Source: Acanthaster planci (taxonomy: Eukaryota). Taken from it: DNA of 64,000 bases. Position numbers and translations under genes: made by a program. This document shows positions 1-11,100 of this stretch, in pieces (within the stretch, counting starts at the first letter, position 1; the number at the start of each line of letters is the position of its first letter). The DNA is taken from NCBI RefSeq assembly GCF_001949145.1, contig NW_019091359.1, positions 124,001 to 188,000 of the forward strand, read 5' to 3'. The notes below the pieces were generated by a model, which searched no databases, had not been told where the DNA came from, and saw nothing but the letters and a program-made list of their open reading frames with translations.

Positions 1-878
1 GAGTCAATACTTTGAACATTCAACCGCATGTCTTTGCCAGCCCACTTCAAACACCCGACTTTGCATAATGAACAAGAGTGCGTGACGACCAACCAGGCAA
101 GATGTAGACAAAACCAACCGTTTGCAATGGAGCGTGAATGGAATTACATTCAAGTGTGTGTTACTGTGCGCAGTAGTATCGAAGACACCAAGCACGTCAC
201 GGTCTGATACACACCGTGGTGTAATCCTGCTAGTGTGACTATAGGATCACACTGCGTAAGACTCAAAAGTTTCTTTGAAGGCATTACCCTGACACGGTCA
301 GTGAACTTGATACGCTCTGTAAGCACACCTGACTACACTCACACAAATTAGTAAACCAACTTTGTTACCGTGTAACGGCCTATGTAACACATTAGTACCT
401 CCCACACACCGAGCCTTCAGTAGTCTATACAAGCTCCAGTCATTCTTGAGATGACTGAGGCTAATTCCTGTATGATGGGCTAGGTTTTCTCACGGTCAGT
501 CACACGTCCAACTCCTCTTCCAGGATGATGGAGAATGATTACGCAGGGTAAACCAAAAGTCATTGAAATCCATCCATGACATTGATTACTGTGTTCTTTA
601 GGCTTAGAGGGGGAAAACCCAGTTGAAACAGAAACATCTCCACAAAGAAACCACTCAAAAGATAAATTTCAATAGACGTACCACACTATAGAGGGATTTC
701 GCATTAGCGCCGTCTGCGGATATCCGCATCGAAACCGCCCGTGGAGTGGACTCAGTACATGCAGAATCCGGTTCGTATGAGTGTGACGCCACTTCAGTCT
801 AAACCATGCCCACTGCACATGCTGATACACGACCATGGCAGGTACGTTTCGCCATGGTTCTAAAGATGCAACAGCGTC

Positions 879-1233
879 TTTAGAACCTTCCTATGGTTTT
901 ACAGCACAAATATGCACGAGTGCCCACAATCACTCTCTTGCATGTGTTTCTATATGGAATACAAACATGCACAGGTTCAGTGTGTACACAGTTGGTTGCC
1001 AGCACAAAATGACCCAGGGTCTTTTGTGCAGTCCTCTTCACTGCATTTGGTTTACTGCACAATTATGCACATGAAACAGTGAAGCACAGTTGTTGGGCAG
1101 CACAAAAGTGCAATCTGATCTTCCTGTGAGGGACAGTTGGTGCAGTGCACAATATGACACAGCTGTGCATCTTTGTGCTGTTTACCAACTGACCCAAAGG
1201 AGGGTCAGGACCCAAAGAGTGACTTCAGGAGGG
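879..1233 (+). mobile_element. piggyBac-like MITE family B, degenerate copy
   Basis: Reverse-complement homolog of 28167-28539 (shared gttgttgggcagcacaaaagtgcaatctgatcttcctgtgagggac). Confidence 0.75.
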
Positions 1234-1272
1234 ATGGCTGAGGAGAATTCAAATTGTTATGTTCGCGTGACT

Positions 1273-1822
1273 TTAATCACTTGCCGCCAAGGATTTCGGT
1301 TTTGGACATGTATTCTTTATACGCGCGGCAAGAGTCTCCGAAACGGACAAAGGGAACTGGGCCTTGTAACAAAAGATGCATACTCGTAACAAAAGACCAG
1401 GCTGCTGGGAATTACCAATATTTTTTCATTCTCAATAGTGGAGATAATCCACTCTTGTTTTGAAACTGTACACCATGGTTTGGGGCATTCAGTGCGAGCG
1501 GATTACCACCGGGGACAAAAGCGCTGCACCACCGCAGCGATGAGCCACACAACAACGCTGCACGCTAATCTGGACCCTATCGAAAAGAGGTCAGCAGCGC
1601 ACTGTGCCAGTTTCATGAAAAAAGAAAATTATGCAACACTGCACAATCTGGGCTTTCTTTTCAAGGCAGCAGGCCTGGCTGAAATACTTGGGCGTCAATA
1701 GATGTTGCCTGTCAGATTAGAGTAGCCACCAGACAGTCATTCGTGTGGGTGTAAGTGTCCAGTAAATGAAGATAGGAATTTGTAAAGAATTTTGAAATCA
1801 GAAAAAAATGAAAATTATCCCG
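1273..1822 (+). mobile_element. piggyBac-like non-autonomous family A, copy 1 (right end unclear)
   Basis: TTAA-TCACTT start; about 50 bp (atgttgcctgtcagattagagtagccaccagacagtcattcgtgtgggtgtaa) identical to the copy at 5036-5598. Confidence 0.75.
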
Positions 1823-2159
1823 TCCAAGCATCATCAACATAAGGAAAGAGGTCCAGACATCCTATTTTAAGTTTCAAAGGTTTGGTTTAGTGGTAGGAGA
1901 TTAGATGTCCCTAACCACATGAAAAATTGGCAATGGGCGCTTTGTCTTAACATCTGCTTGCAAGTCCCAGTCCATGCAAAAATACTATTCTGTACTTTTC
2001 TTTACCGGCTGGAGTATACTTTGCTTCCACATCATCAAAAGTGTAGAGGGAAAAACTCCATGGGCGGGGAAGGTAGACTTGAGGGGGGGAAGGGACAGGC
2101 ATAATTGGGAATTGAGTATTTGGAAGTCAAATGTAAGTCCAAGAATCCCTTACGTGACA

Positions 2160-2166
2160 TCAAACC
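2160..2166 (-). CDS. DRG1: Candidate DRG1 terminal microexon, coding part (completes K, then V, stop)
   Basis: Polypyrimidine tract and acceptor tttttgctttgcag|G GTT TGA, in the correct phase 2 relative to the exon 10 donor. Confidence 0.55.
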
Positions 2167-5100
2167 CTGCAAAGCAAAAAACAGGTGAAAAAATTTCAAT
2201 GTTTATGCAGCACTTGGACATTTTTCAATATTTGATACACTAGTAAAATTTAATATTAGTATTTTTCATGTAAAATGCTAGAAACACTGCAAACAAATTG
2301 GAGTTGGACTTAAAAAAACCTGCATTTGCATAACTGAAAAGTTTAACTGGAAGTGGACAAAGTTGTGAAATATCTATTGCTTAAGTAATAATTAACTAAG
2401 GGACTAAATATGTACATGTACTTGGCTGGTCTTCAATGTGTGTTTAAGACCGGCTCATGAGAATGGATGCGACTAATATCCTCGTCTGCGGCTTGGGCAT
2501 TATCAGCATTCAGTCTCCTGAGCAGGTCTTAATGTTAGTTTAAGACCGGCCAAGCACATAATTATTCCCTTTATAAATACCTTTTTAGTCAGGAGTCGAA
2601 AGAAGTCAATACGTGATGGATTTCCAACGATTCTGTTCAAGAATTTTACTTTCATTTTCCCAAACACCCCCGTCCATTTTATGGTATATTACTTTTACAA
2701 GTTGTCCAACAGAATCTCCTTATATGGCCTTAGCGCGCGTGGCGAGCTGCATGCACACAGACTCTTGACCAATCAGAATCAATTCAACCGTGTCACATCC
2801 AGGTGCCAGTGCGTGATTTACGCAGCGGGCATTATCACTTCTCAGCAGGCATTATCAAATGTTAATACACCGTCAAGTTGCTTGTTTTTGAATAGGGGGA
2901 CTGTCCGAGGTATTTATGAATATCTAGTAATGTTTTATTACGGATACAGTATAAATCACATTATGATACATATGGAATCGTCAAAACCATTACCATTGGG
3001 GATTTTCTTTTTTGAGGGGAGGGGTTGACAAATTATGCTCTCATCCTGTCTCTTTTGTTCTAAAAATGAACAAAACTGGGTACTGGCAATGGTGCGCACA
3101 ACAGGCAGACTTACTTCTTGACAATCTGGATGACATCTTCATCATTGAGCACATGTTCCTTGCCCACCTTCTGGGGGTTGTGCTTCACAGATGATCCCCA
3201 CACCAATGCACTGGACAAATGAGAGCAGAAATACAGGGGCTTTTAAAAGGATCATTAGGTCTCAAGGACGGTCTCAAAAAACAAAACATTTCTTTTCTGT
3301 TTAGAACACTGGACTTTGTTAACCTAGGATCTGACTCAATCTTTCCCAGCTGTAATGACTAGACCGACGTCCGGACTTACTACTTGAAGTCCTTCATGAT
3401 ACCCTTGTGTAGGTTGTTGCAGAAATCCTCCACGGTTAGGTGGCCCGACTTCAGGATGACCGGTGCCTCATAGTCCGGCAACTGACCCTTGGGTTTGGTA
3501 TATCTAGTTGAGGAAAACAGGTACGAAAGATGAGAACGATCACTTCTGGTTTTTTTAACACCTTTCTTAAGACGACGTCATATAAACATTGCCAGCTAGC
3601 CTTACATTCTGACCAGCTGCAGGTAGTCCCACATCTTTTCAAGCAGATCGTCAAAGTTCCACTTGTGGTGAGCCGAGATGGGCACACAGTGAGGGATCTT
3701 GTAGATGATGTCCAGCTCCTGACAGACAAAAAGGTATCACACGAACTACATGTTGAATTTGTACGGTTAATTTGTACAAAACCAAAAGCTACATTGTTTG
3801 GCCTCGTTTACCACTTGGGTCATTCTATAAATTCGGGTGACATTTTTGTTCCGCTGTTACACCTGACCTCTGTAATTTAACACGGAAATATCACTGAAAT
3901 TGATTTTGTTTGGCAGGCTATTTGCATTACTTCATCCCTTTTGAAAATACTGTGTTCTAAACTTACCAAATCATATGTCAGGGAAAAAAAATTGGACATG
4001 AAATTTATGATATTGGTCCCAAAACTATTGGTAGTTTACGCATTCTCTGCTATGAAGTGGCTTACACAGTGACAATCCGAGATCCTTCAAAGCTAGTCGA
4101 ACGAATTTGCCAAGGGGTTCCCGTATTAAAAGTGGATAACTGAAGGATCTGCGAATCTTTCTAACAAAAAAAAATTGACTCTGGGGATACAACTGTCTAA
4201 GATGGCTGCTACGTTATGCAGCCCTTTCAAATACCCACCTCTATGGAGATCTGGTCGATCTTGTTCAGCACATAGATGCACGGAATGTAGACCCGGTTGC
4301 CCTCCACCACGTCAATCAGGTCGTCGGCGGTGGAGTCGCTGCGTAGGACCACGTCGGCGTTGTGGATCTTGTACTCGGCCAGGATACTCCTGACCTGGTC
4401 CAGGTCCAGCGTGGACTGAGTGCAGGTTGTGGTCAGGTTGATACCGCCTTTCTCTTTCTTACGGAAGCCGATGTTGGGTGGGGTCTTATTCAACCTTGTG
4501 TTTTTGTCAATCGAGGACAAGGCATTTAAAAAAAGGATTGATTTCAGTACATTTGTTCTAGTGGGGAAGTTATCCCATATTTACCCTCTACAGGACGTGA
4601 CATCATGGTTTGGACATCTGCCAATTCTGACCACCTTTGGCATTTGTCCAACAAAAAGCAGAAATGGTCAGACAAAGTATCTGGATGAAATGTAAACGTA
4701 ATAGGCCTAATGCAAAATTGTGCTCTGGTTTTTGTGCTTATGAATATTCAAATCGTAACAGCATGTTTTAGTATGATCTTTTCCCATCAAAAGTCGGTAA
4801 GGGCAGAATAACATTGACCCTACTAATAACTGGGTTTTGTCAAACCACTTTTTATGTGGCCGAACTTCAAGCACTGCCTCTATGTTCCAAATCTGTGGTA
4901 TCCAAGGTGTAGAGATGTGGAATGAAGCACACATGATTGTCATATCACTTACACTTTTGTCACTGAATTTGTCATTAATAAGATGCTTTGTTTTCAGTTG
5001 AGTGAAAGGCGAACCAGTGGTGTAAAAAAAGGCAATTAACTACTTTGCGCCGGGGGACCCAGTATCGGGTATCTTATGTTTGTACACATAGCCAGGGAGC

Positions 5101-8100
5101 CCGAAATCAGACTAACCAGCCAGGTCTTGTAACAAAAGGCCGTACTCGAAACAAATGACTGAGCTGCTAGGACTCGAAAACATTTTTTCAGTTTTCAATA
5201 GCGGAGGTAATCCGTCCTTTTTTTTGAAACACTATACCACTATGGATGGCATTCAATACGAAGGTTTACAACAAGGGACGAAATACCGCTGCACGCTAAT
5301 CTGGCCCCATTGAAAAAGACGCCAGCAGTGAACTGCTCTAGTTTCGAGAACAAAATAAATTAAGCAACACTGCACAATCTGGCCTCTCTTTAAAAGGCAG
5401 CAGGCCTGGCTGGAAAACACGGGCATCGATAAATGTTGCCTGTCAGATTAGAGTAGCCACCAGACAGTCATTCGTGTGGGTGTAAACGTCCAGTAAATGA
5501 AGTAATGATTTTTGCAGAATTTTGAAAACGGAAAATCATGAAAAATGCCCATATTTCTGTTCGGCCATTTTAATTGACCCCGGGGCTAAGTGGTTTAAAC
5601 TCAAAATGATGAAAGTACTAAAAAGAACTTCAAACCAGAGAGGGCTCTTTTTTATGGAGAGATGGAAATTCACAATATTAATGACGTACACTACATGACT
5701 GCTTTATTCACAAATGCGAATTAGATATGTTCCAATTCTTTTTTTTTTGGTATTATGGGAAACAAACTATTGACCACTAGCAAAATGAAATAAAAAAGAA
5801 AATGGTGGCTTTATACGTAATGTCTTATACTGATATCCTTTAAAGCTTATTTTGGCCAATCAAGAAAGGAATCTGTTATTAGCAAGGGAGTTCTCCTCTC
5901 TGATTGGTCAACCTACAATCCTACCTGATGCCAAAGCCTTCTAGCTCATGCTCCAGTAGTTTCTTGTGTTTGAGCGGTTTGAGGACGTCCAGCACCATGA
6001 AGATGATACTACACGTCCTCGCAACTGCCAAATACAAATAACGTGCATTAGATTAACTAGGTGTCTTGCTGAACCCACAGGAAATCTTATACCTACAGTG
6101 AGTCTATTGTCTTGAATTAAGGGAGTAAGGAATTAAAATGAATACATGGACATGACTTGAATTATTGGCAGAAATTATTGTCTATTAAACCAGTGCACAA
6201 TTTGTCTCCTTGCAGAGAGCTCTTGTCCTCAGAACAGAGCAAAATCTGAGCTCACCAGCAATGACCTGACGGCCTCTGCCCTTCCCATCTTTGGCACCTT
6301 CGATGATACCAGGAAGATCCAGAAGCTGAGAAGAAAAGAACTTTTGATTATCAATGCTATTACTATCAAACTTTAATCTCTATTATAAAGAAAAACAAAA
6401 ACACTGCCTGGAGCAGGATTTGAACCTGCGGCCTCCAGAACACCGTACGGTGCTCTACCAACTGAGCTATCCAGCCCTAAGTTGGTGGCTCTTCCCATTT
6501 GTCAATATCTTTGTTTGGGGGGTGCTAGCCAGAAGCTAGTGACAAATGGTACAGCCACTAACAGGGCTGGACCGCTCAGTTGGTAGAGCACCGTACGGCA
6601 TTCCGGAGGCCGCAGGTTCATATCCTGCTCTGGTCAATTTCTTTGTTCATCATTATAATCATTTATAGGGCCCCAAGTCAAAATAGAAACGGTTCACCAA
6701 GCAGGCAATGATTGCCCTTAGTCCTTAATCCGATTCAACAGCAAGTGGGCAATAATTGCAAGAGAGCGTTTCCTGAAAGGGAGTTGGCTATACGGCAACG
6801 TCGTTGATGCATGCCACCATTTCCCCCACCTTGGCCTTGACTCCCAGCTTACCATGAATGGTTATTGTGCATCAGCTTTGTTGTGTAAATTGGGCCAGTT
6901 CATCCACAGGCCTAGCACAACTTATTCAGAAGGGCGAAGCAATTAATCTCTAAATAAAAGACTAACTCCATTAGAGTCTGCAGGTCTACGTGCATCACTA
7001 AGTCTCGTTTCATTGAATTAAAGGCCTATTCACACAAGCGCCGATAACAGAGGTCCTGTGTGATGAAATCACATCGATGTTACGATCGCAGAGATATCAT
7101 GTCGTGTGAAAGTCTATCTCGGTCACGAAATCGCACGGTTATAACACAGGTCCTGAGCGATCGTCGCAGCGATCGAGACCTCCTCCAAAACTTCGCATCG
7201 ATGCAAAATCTGTGTTAAGATCACCGTGATTGGACGTGTGAATGCACAGTGCGATCGTTGCGAGGGTCCTGTGAGTTGATACACCTTGTGGTTGTGCACG
7301 GCTTCCTCCATTTTTATCTAGATATCGGCCTTAGCCATCATCCTAATGACGTCCACCTCAAAAGTCAAGGAAATCTTCTTTTTTCTGTTTTTTTCAAGGT
7401 TTTTGGTAAAATACTGTGAAAAACAAAATGACAGAAGTTAACACATGCTTACGTACGTACGAAGCTGGTATCGCACTTGGGGTGTATGTTCCAACGTGTA
7501 GTTCATGGCGCCACTTATCCAGTATTGAATGTCCATGTGGGCCCTCGTACCGAACTCTACCGAACTACACGTGCTATATAATCCTACCAAATTGCAACAA
7601 GCTCGTTTCCCCACGATCCATGGGCCTCGACCTGCGCGAGACTCGGGCAAGAAACTGGGGGTGAGTTTGTTTTGTCAAACATTTCGTTTTTGCTGTGAAG
7701 CCGCTATCGCTAGTATAGTACGGGCCGGCGCCGGTTTCCGATCCGCGCCGCGAGCTGCATGCATGATTTCAAAAGAAACTTCCATTTGCAAAAATTGCGA
7801 ATTTAAAGTTCATCTTTGCCGTGCTTTTTGTGCAAAATATATCGCATTTTGCGATGCGAATCCAGCTATTTCCATCACTGCTTTGCTCAGCCATTTCAGA
7901 CATGTCAGAAGTTGCAAATCGTGGCGGAACAAGGAATGTCTGCTACGCGATAAACATTGCACTGTGTGAAAGTCGGTGAAGAAATCTCACAGACAGCAAG
8001 ACACAGACGCTGTGGCGCCGATTGTCGCAGACATGCATTTTCGGCGTTCCTGTGAAGAGGCCTTTAGATCTGGAGTTTTCTTTCCCAAAATCTAACAATG

Positions 8101-11100
8101 CCAGGCAGTGATTTCCACATTATAGATTTGTCAAAGATTGGAATAGACATTAGACGAAATGGAGAACATTACAGATGCAACAATCACGGGACTTCAAAAT
8201 CAATCTAAAAAAGTAAAATAAGAAAAGTCGACTTATGTTGGTAGTTATTAAGGACAGTGTAGCAGACTGAAGGAAAAAAAAATCCATATCCATGCAAACG
8301 GTTGTACAAACCCATCCCCAAACCCGCCAAAATTGTTGACATATCAAGGGGCTGGGGTCCCAGCTGTTGATAAACAGCTCTAATGACCAAACCACCAGCC
8401 ACAATTGAGTGTAATCCTTAACCACTTGCTGCCGGGCGGATTTTTCTTGATCCAGACAAAATGCTGGGTCCTTTTCAAGATTTTCCGTATTCAAAATTCT
8501 TCAAAAATTCATCATTTCATTGAATGGCCGTTTCTACCCACGTGAAGGACTCTTTGGGACTATTCTGAAGCTGTCAGTTAACTTCATTGACTTTTGAATA
8601 TTTCAATCAGGCCTGCAGCTTTGGAAAAAGAGCCCAGATTGTGCGGTGTTATGTAAGATCCTTTTGTTCCCGAAACCGGCACAGTGCACTGCTGACCTCT
8701 TTTCAATAGGGGCCAGATTAGCATGCAGCGGTGCTGTGTGGCTCATCGCTGCGGTGGTGGAGAGCTTTCATCCCTGGTGGTAATTCGCTCGCTCTAAATG
8801 CCTCAAACCGTGGTATACTGTTTCAAAACAAGGCTGAATTATCTCCACTACTGAGAGCAAAAAAATATCGGTAATGCCCAGCAGCTCAGTCTTTTGTGCA
8901 GAGCATGGTCTTTTGTTATAAAGCCCAACTCTTTTGTCACAGTTCTGGGCTCCCCTGCTCTGCATATAAAGCCTATGTACTCGAAAACGGGTTGCCCTGC
9001 AGGGAGTGGTTAAAGCTCTCTATTGTTAGAAAACATCACCCAGGACTGGTGTTCATGGAACCACAAGCAATTTAGCTAGTGACTCCCTATCTTGCCCGCT
9101 TTACTCTGAAGCGGGTAAGGAGCTTACCGTTTATCTATCGTTTCCCACTTCATGAACCGTTTCTAATTTGACTTATTGAGCCTCTAACCACCTAGTCAGT
9201 TTCTCTATATTCTTTGTTTCAAACTTTAATCTCAGAAGAGTATTTCTCGAACAGACAACACTAAAGTCCTGGACCCCCAGCTTGGAACGGGGCCCACTAC
9301 AGATGGAAACAAAAAATGTGGTGCAGGCAGGATTTAAAGTCGTGAGTTGATTTGTCAATCTCACGTAAGATCTGGAATATCAATAGTGTAATGTGCTTGA
9401 GTTTCATAGTGAAGTTGCCCCCTCACTTTCTGAGCATGCTAAAACAGTGCCTCGATGTCTTACCTACAGGTAGAATCATTACTTACCTCTGAACATGGGG
9501 TCAATGCAATTTCGACAGAACCTTAATTTCAATTAGACCTGTCATCTAGAGGACTAGGCCAAACAGTGTTGCAGAGGGTGAAAATCATAGCAGTGAAAGA
9601 CAATTAGATTTCAGAAGCTCTGATGAGATCAGCCAACCACTTTATGTCCTCACTCTGATTTTTGGGAGAGGCAAGACAGTGCCCTCGATAGTTCCCGCAC
9701 AGCGCCAATAGTCGCAGCACTGATGCCAGTCATACCCGCTACATGCCTACCTGAATCTTAGCTCCCTTGTAGCGGATGACACCAGGCACGGTGGTGAGCG
9801 TGGTGAACTCATAGGCGGCTACTTCAGAGTAGACACCGGCCAGGTTGCTGAGCAGTGTGGATTTACCCACAGAGGGAAAGCCTGAAAAACAAACGCACAA
9901 ACAGTACACAAGAGGTGAATTGGGAACCAGACTCATTGGTGGATGCCATTAGAATGGTTGTGAATGTTTCCAAGGGAAAACACTGCACGTTATTGTGCAT
10001 AATTGATATTTGCATTTTAGCTCAATATTGTTACAGAATATTAATGATAATCTGATTTCTATTAGGTTTTCAATCCCTAAAATTTACTGTTATGGAGATG
10101 AAATACCGGTACAAAAGAATACACAATTTTTGATTTCTGTGAAAAATTAACATCTAGCAGCTGTGGTCATGTAAAGGAGCACATAAGTTTTTACCTTACC
10201 TACAAATCCAATTCTTGCATCTCCGGTTTTTGCAACATCAAAACCTGACGGACAGAACAAAGTCCAACAGAAAAGGGAAGTTTCTAAACTGTTTCCTCTT
10301 GTCACAAAATAACTTTCGTACATTTCAGGTGAATTTGATTTCATACATGTAGTTAAGCAAACGATAGAGTGAATATTAGCCTATATAAAAGGGCATGCAA
10401 GTAGGAATTAAGAAAAAAAAAAAGAAATTAATTTTCAAACAGCACAAGACTTCTTAGGACAAGACAAGTAGAATCCTGGATGACAAACCTTCCCCTGCTG
10501 GGCCACCTCCCCCTTTGGGGGTGATGAGCTCTCGTCGCAGCTTAGCAAGGCGAGCTTTAAGCAGACCAAGATGTGCACTAGTGGCCTTGTTCTTCTGCGT
10601 ACGAGCCATCTACATGTACATATATATACCAGACAGACAAACAGAGACATGAAGATAAAAATAGAATGACTAGAAAAACAAATTATTATTTTGGCTGCTC
10701 ATAAAAGTTCATTTTCTAGGCTACTCATGGTTTTAGAGGATTTTTCAAGGGAACTAATTTCCGGGCTCCTTTCATAATGCCTCAATTGGATTCAGTGGAA
10801 GAAATGCCCAAGGCTGCCATAAAAAAAAAAATTCTACAGTATACTACTAGAATTACAAGCTGGAGTCTGCAACGCCATGAATGGGACAGAAAGGGTGAGA
10901 AAAAGACTGCATAAAAACATTTTTTGAATATCAATCCATTACATGAGCAATTCCAGAAATCAGGGGTCCAGAAGTGTGATATTTTTGTGTCCCTGTTACA
11001 TCTGACCGTTGTTATTTGACATGGAAATATCACCGGAATTGATTTCAAACTATTACTATTTGTTTGGCGGGTAATTTGCATTAATCCATCACACTTGGAA

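Noticed and set aside
6404..6636. Two functional tRNA genes
   Set aside because: The anticodon arm is malformed and the acceptor stems are imperfect; treated as a tRNA-derived repeat
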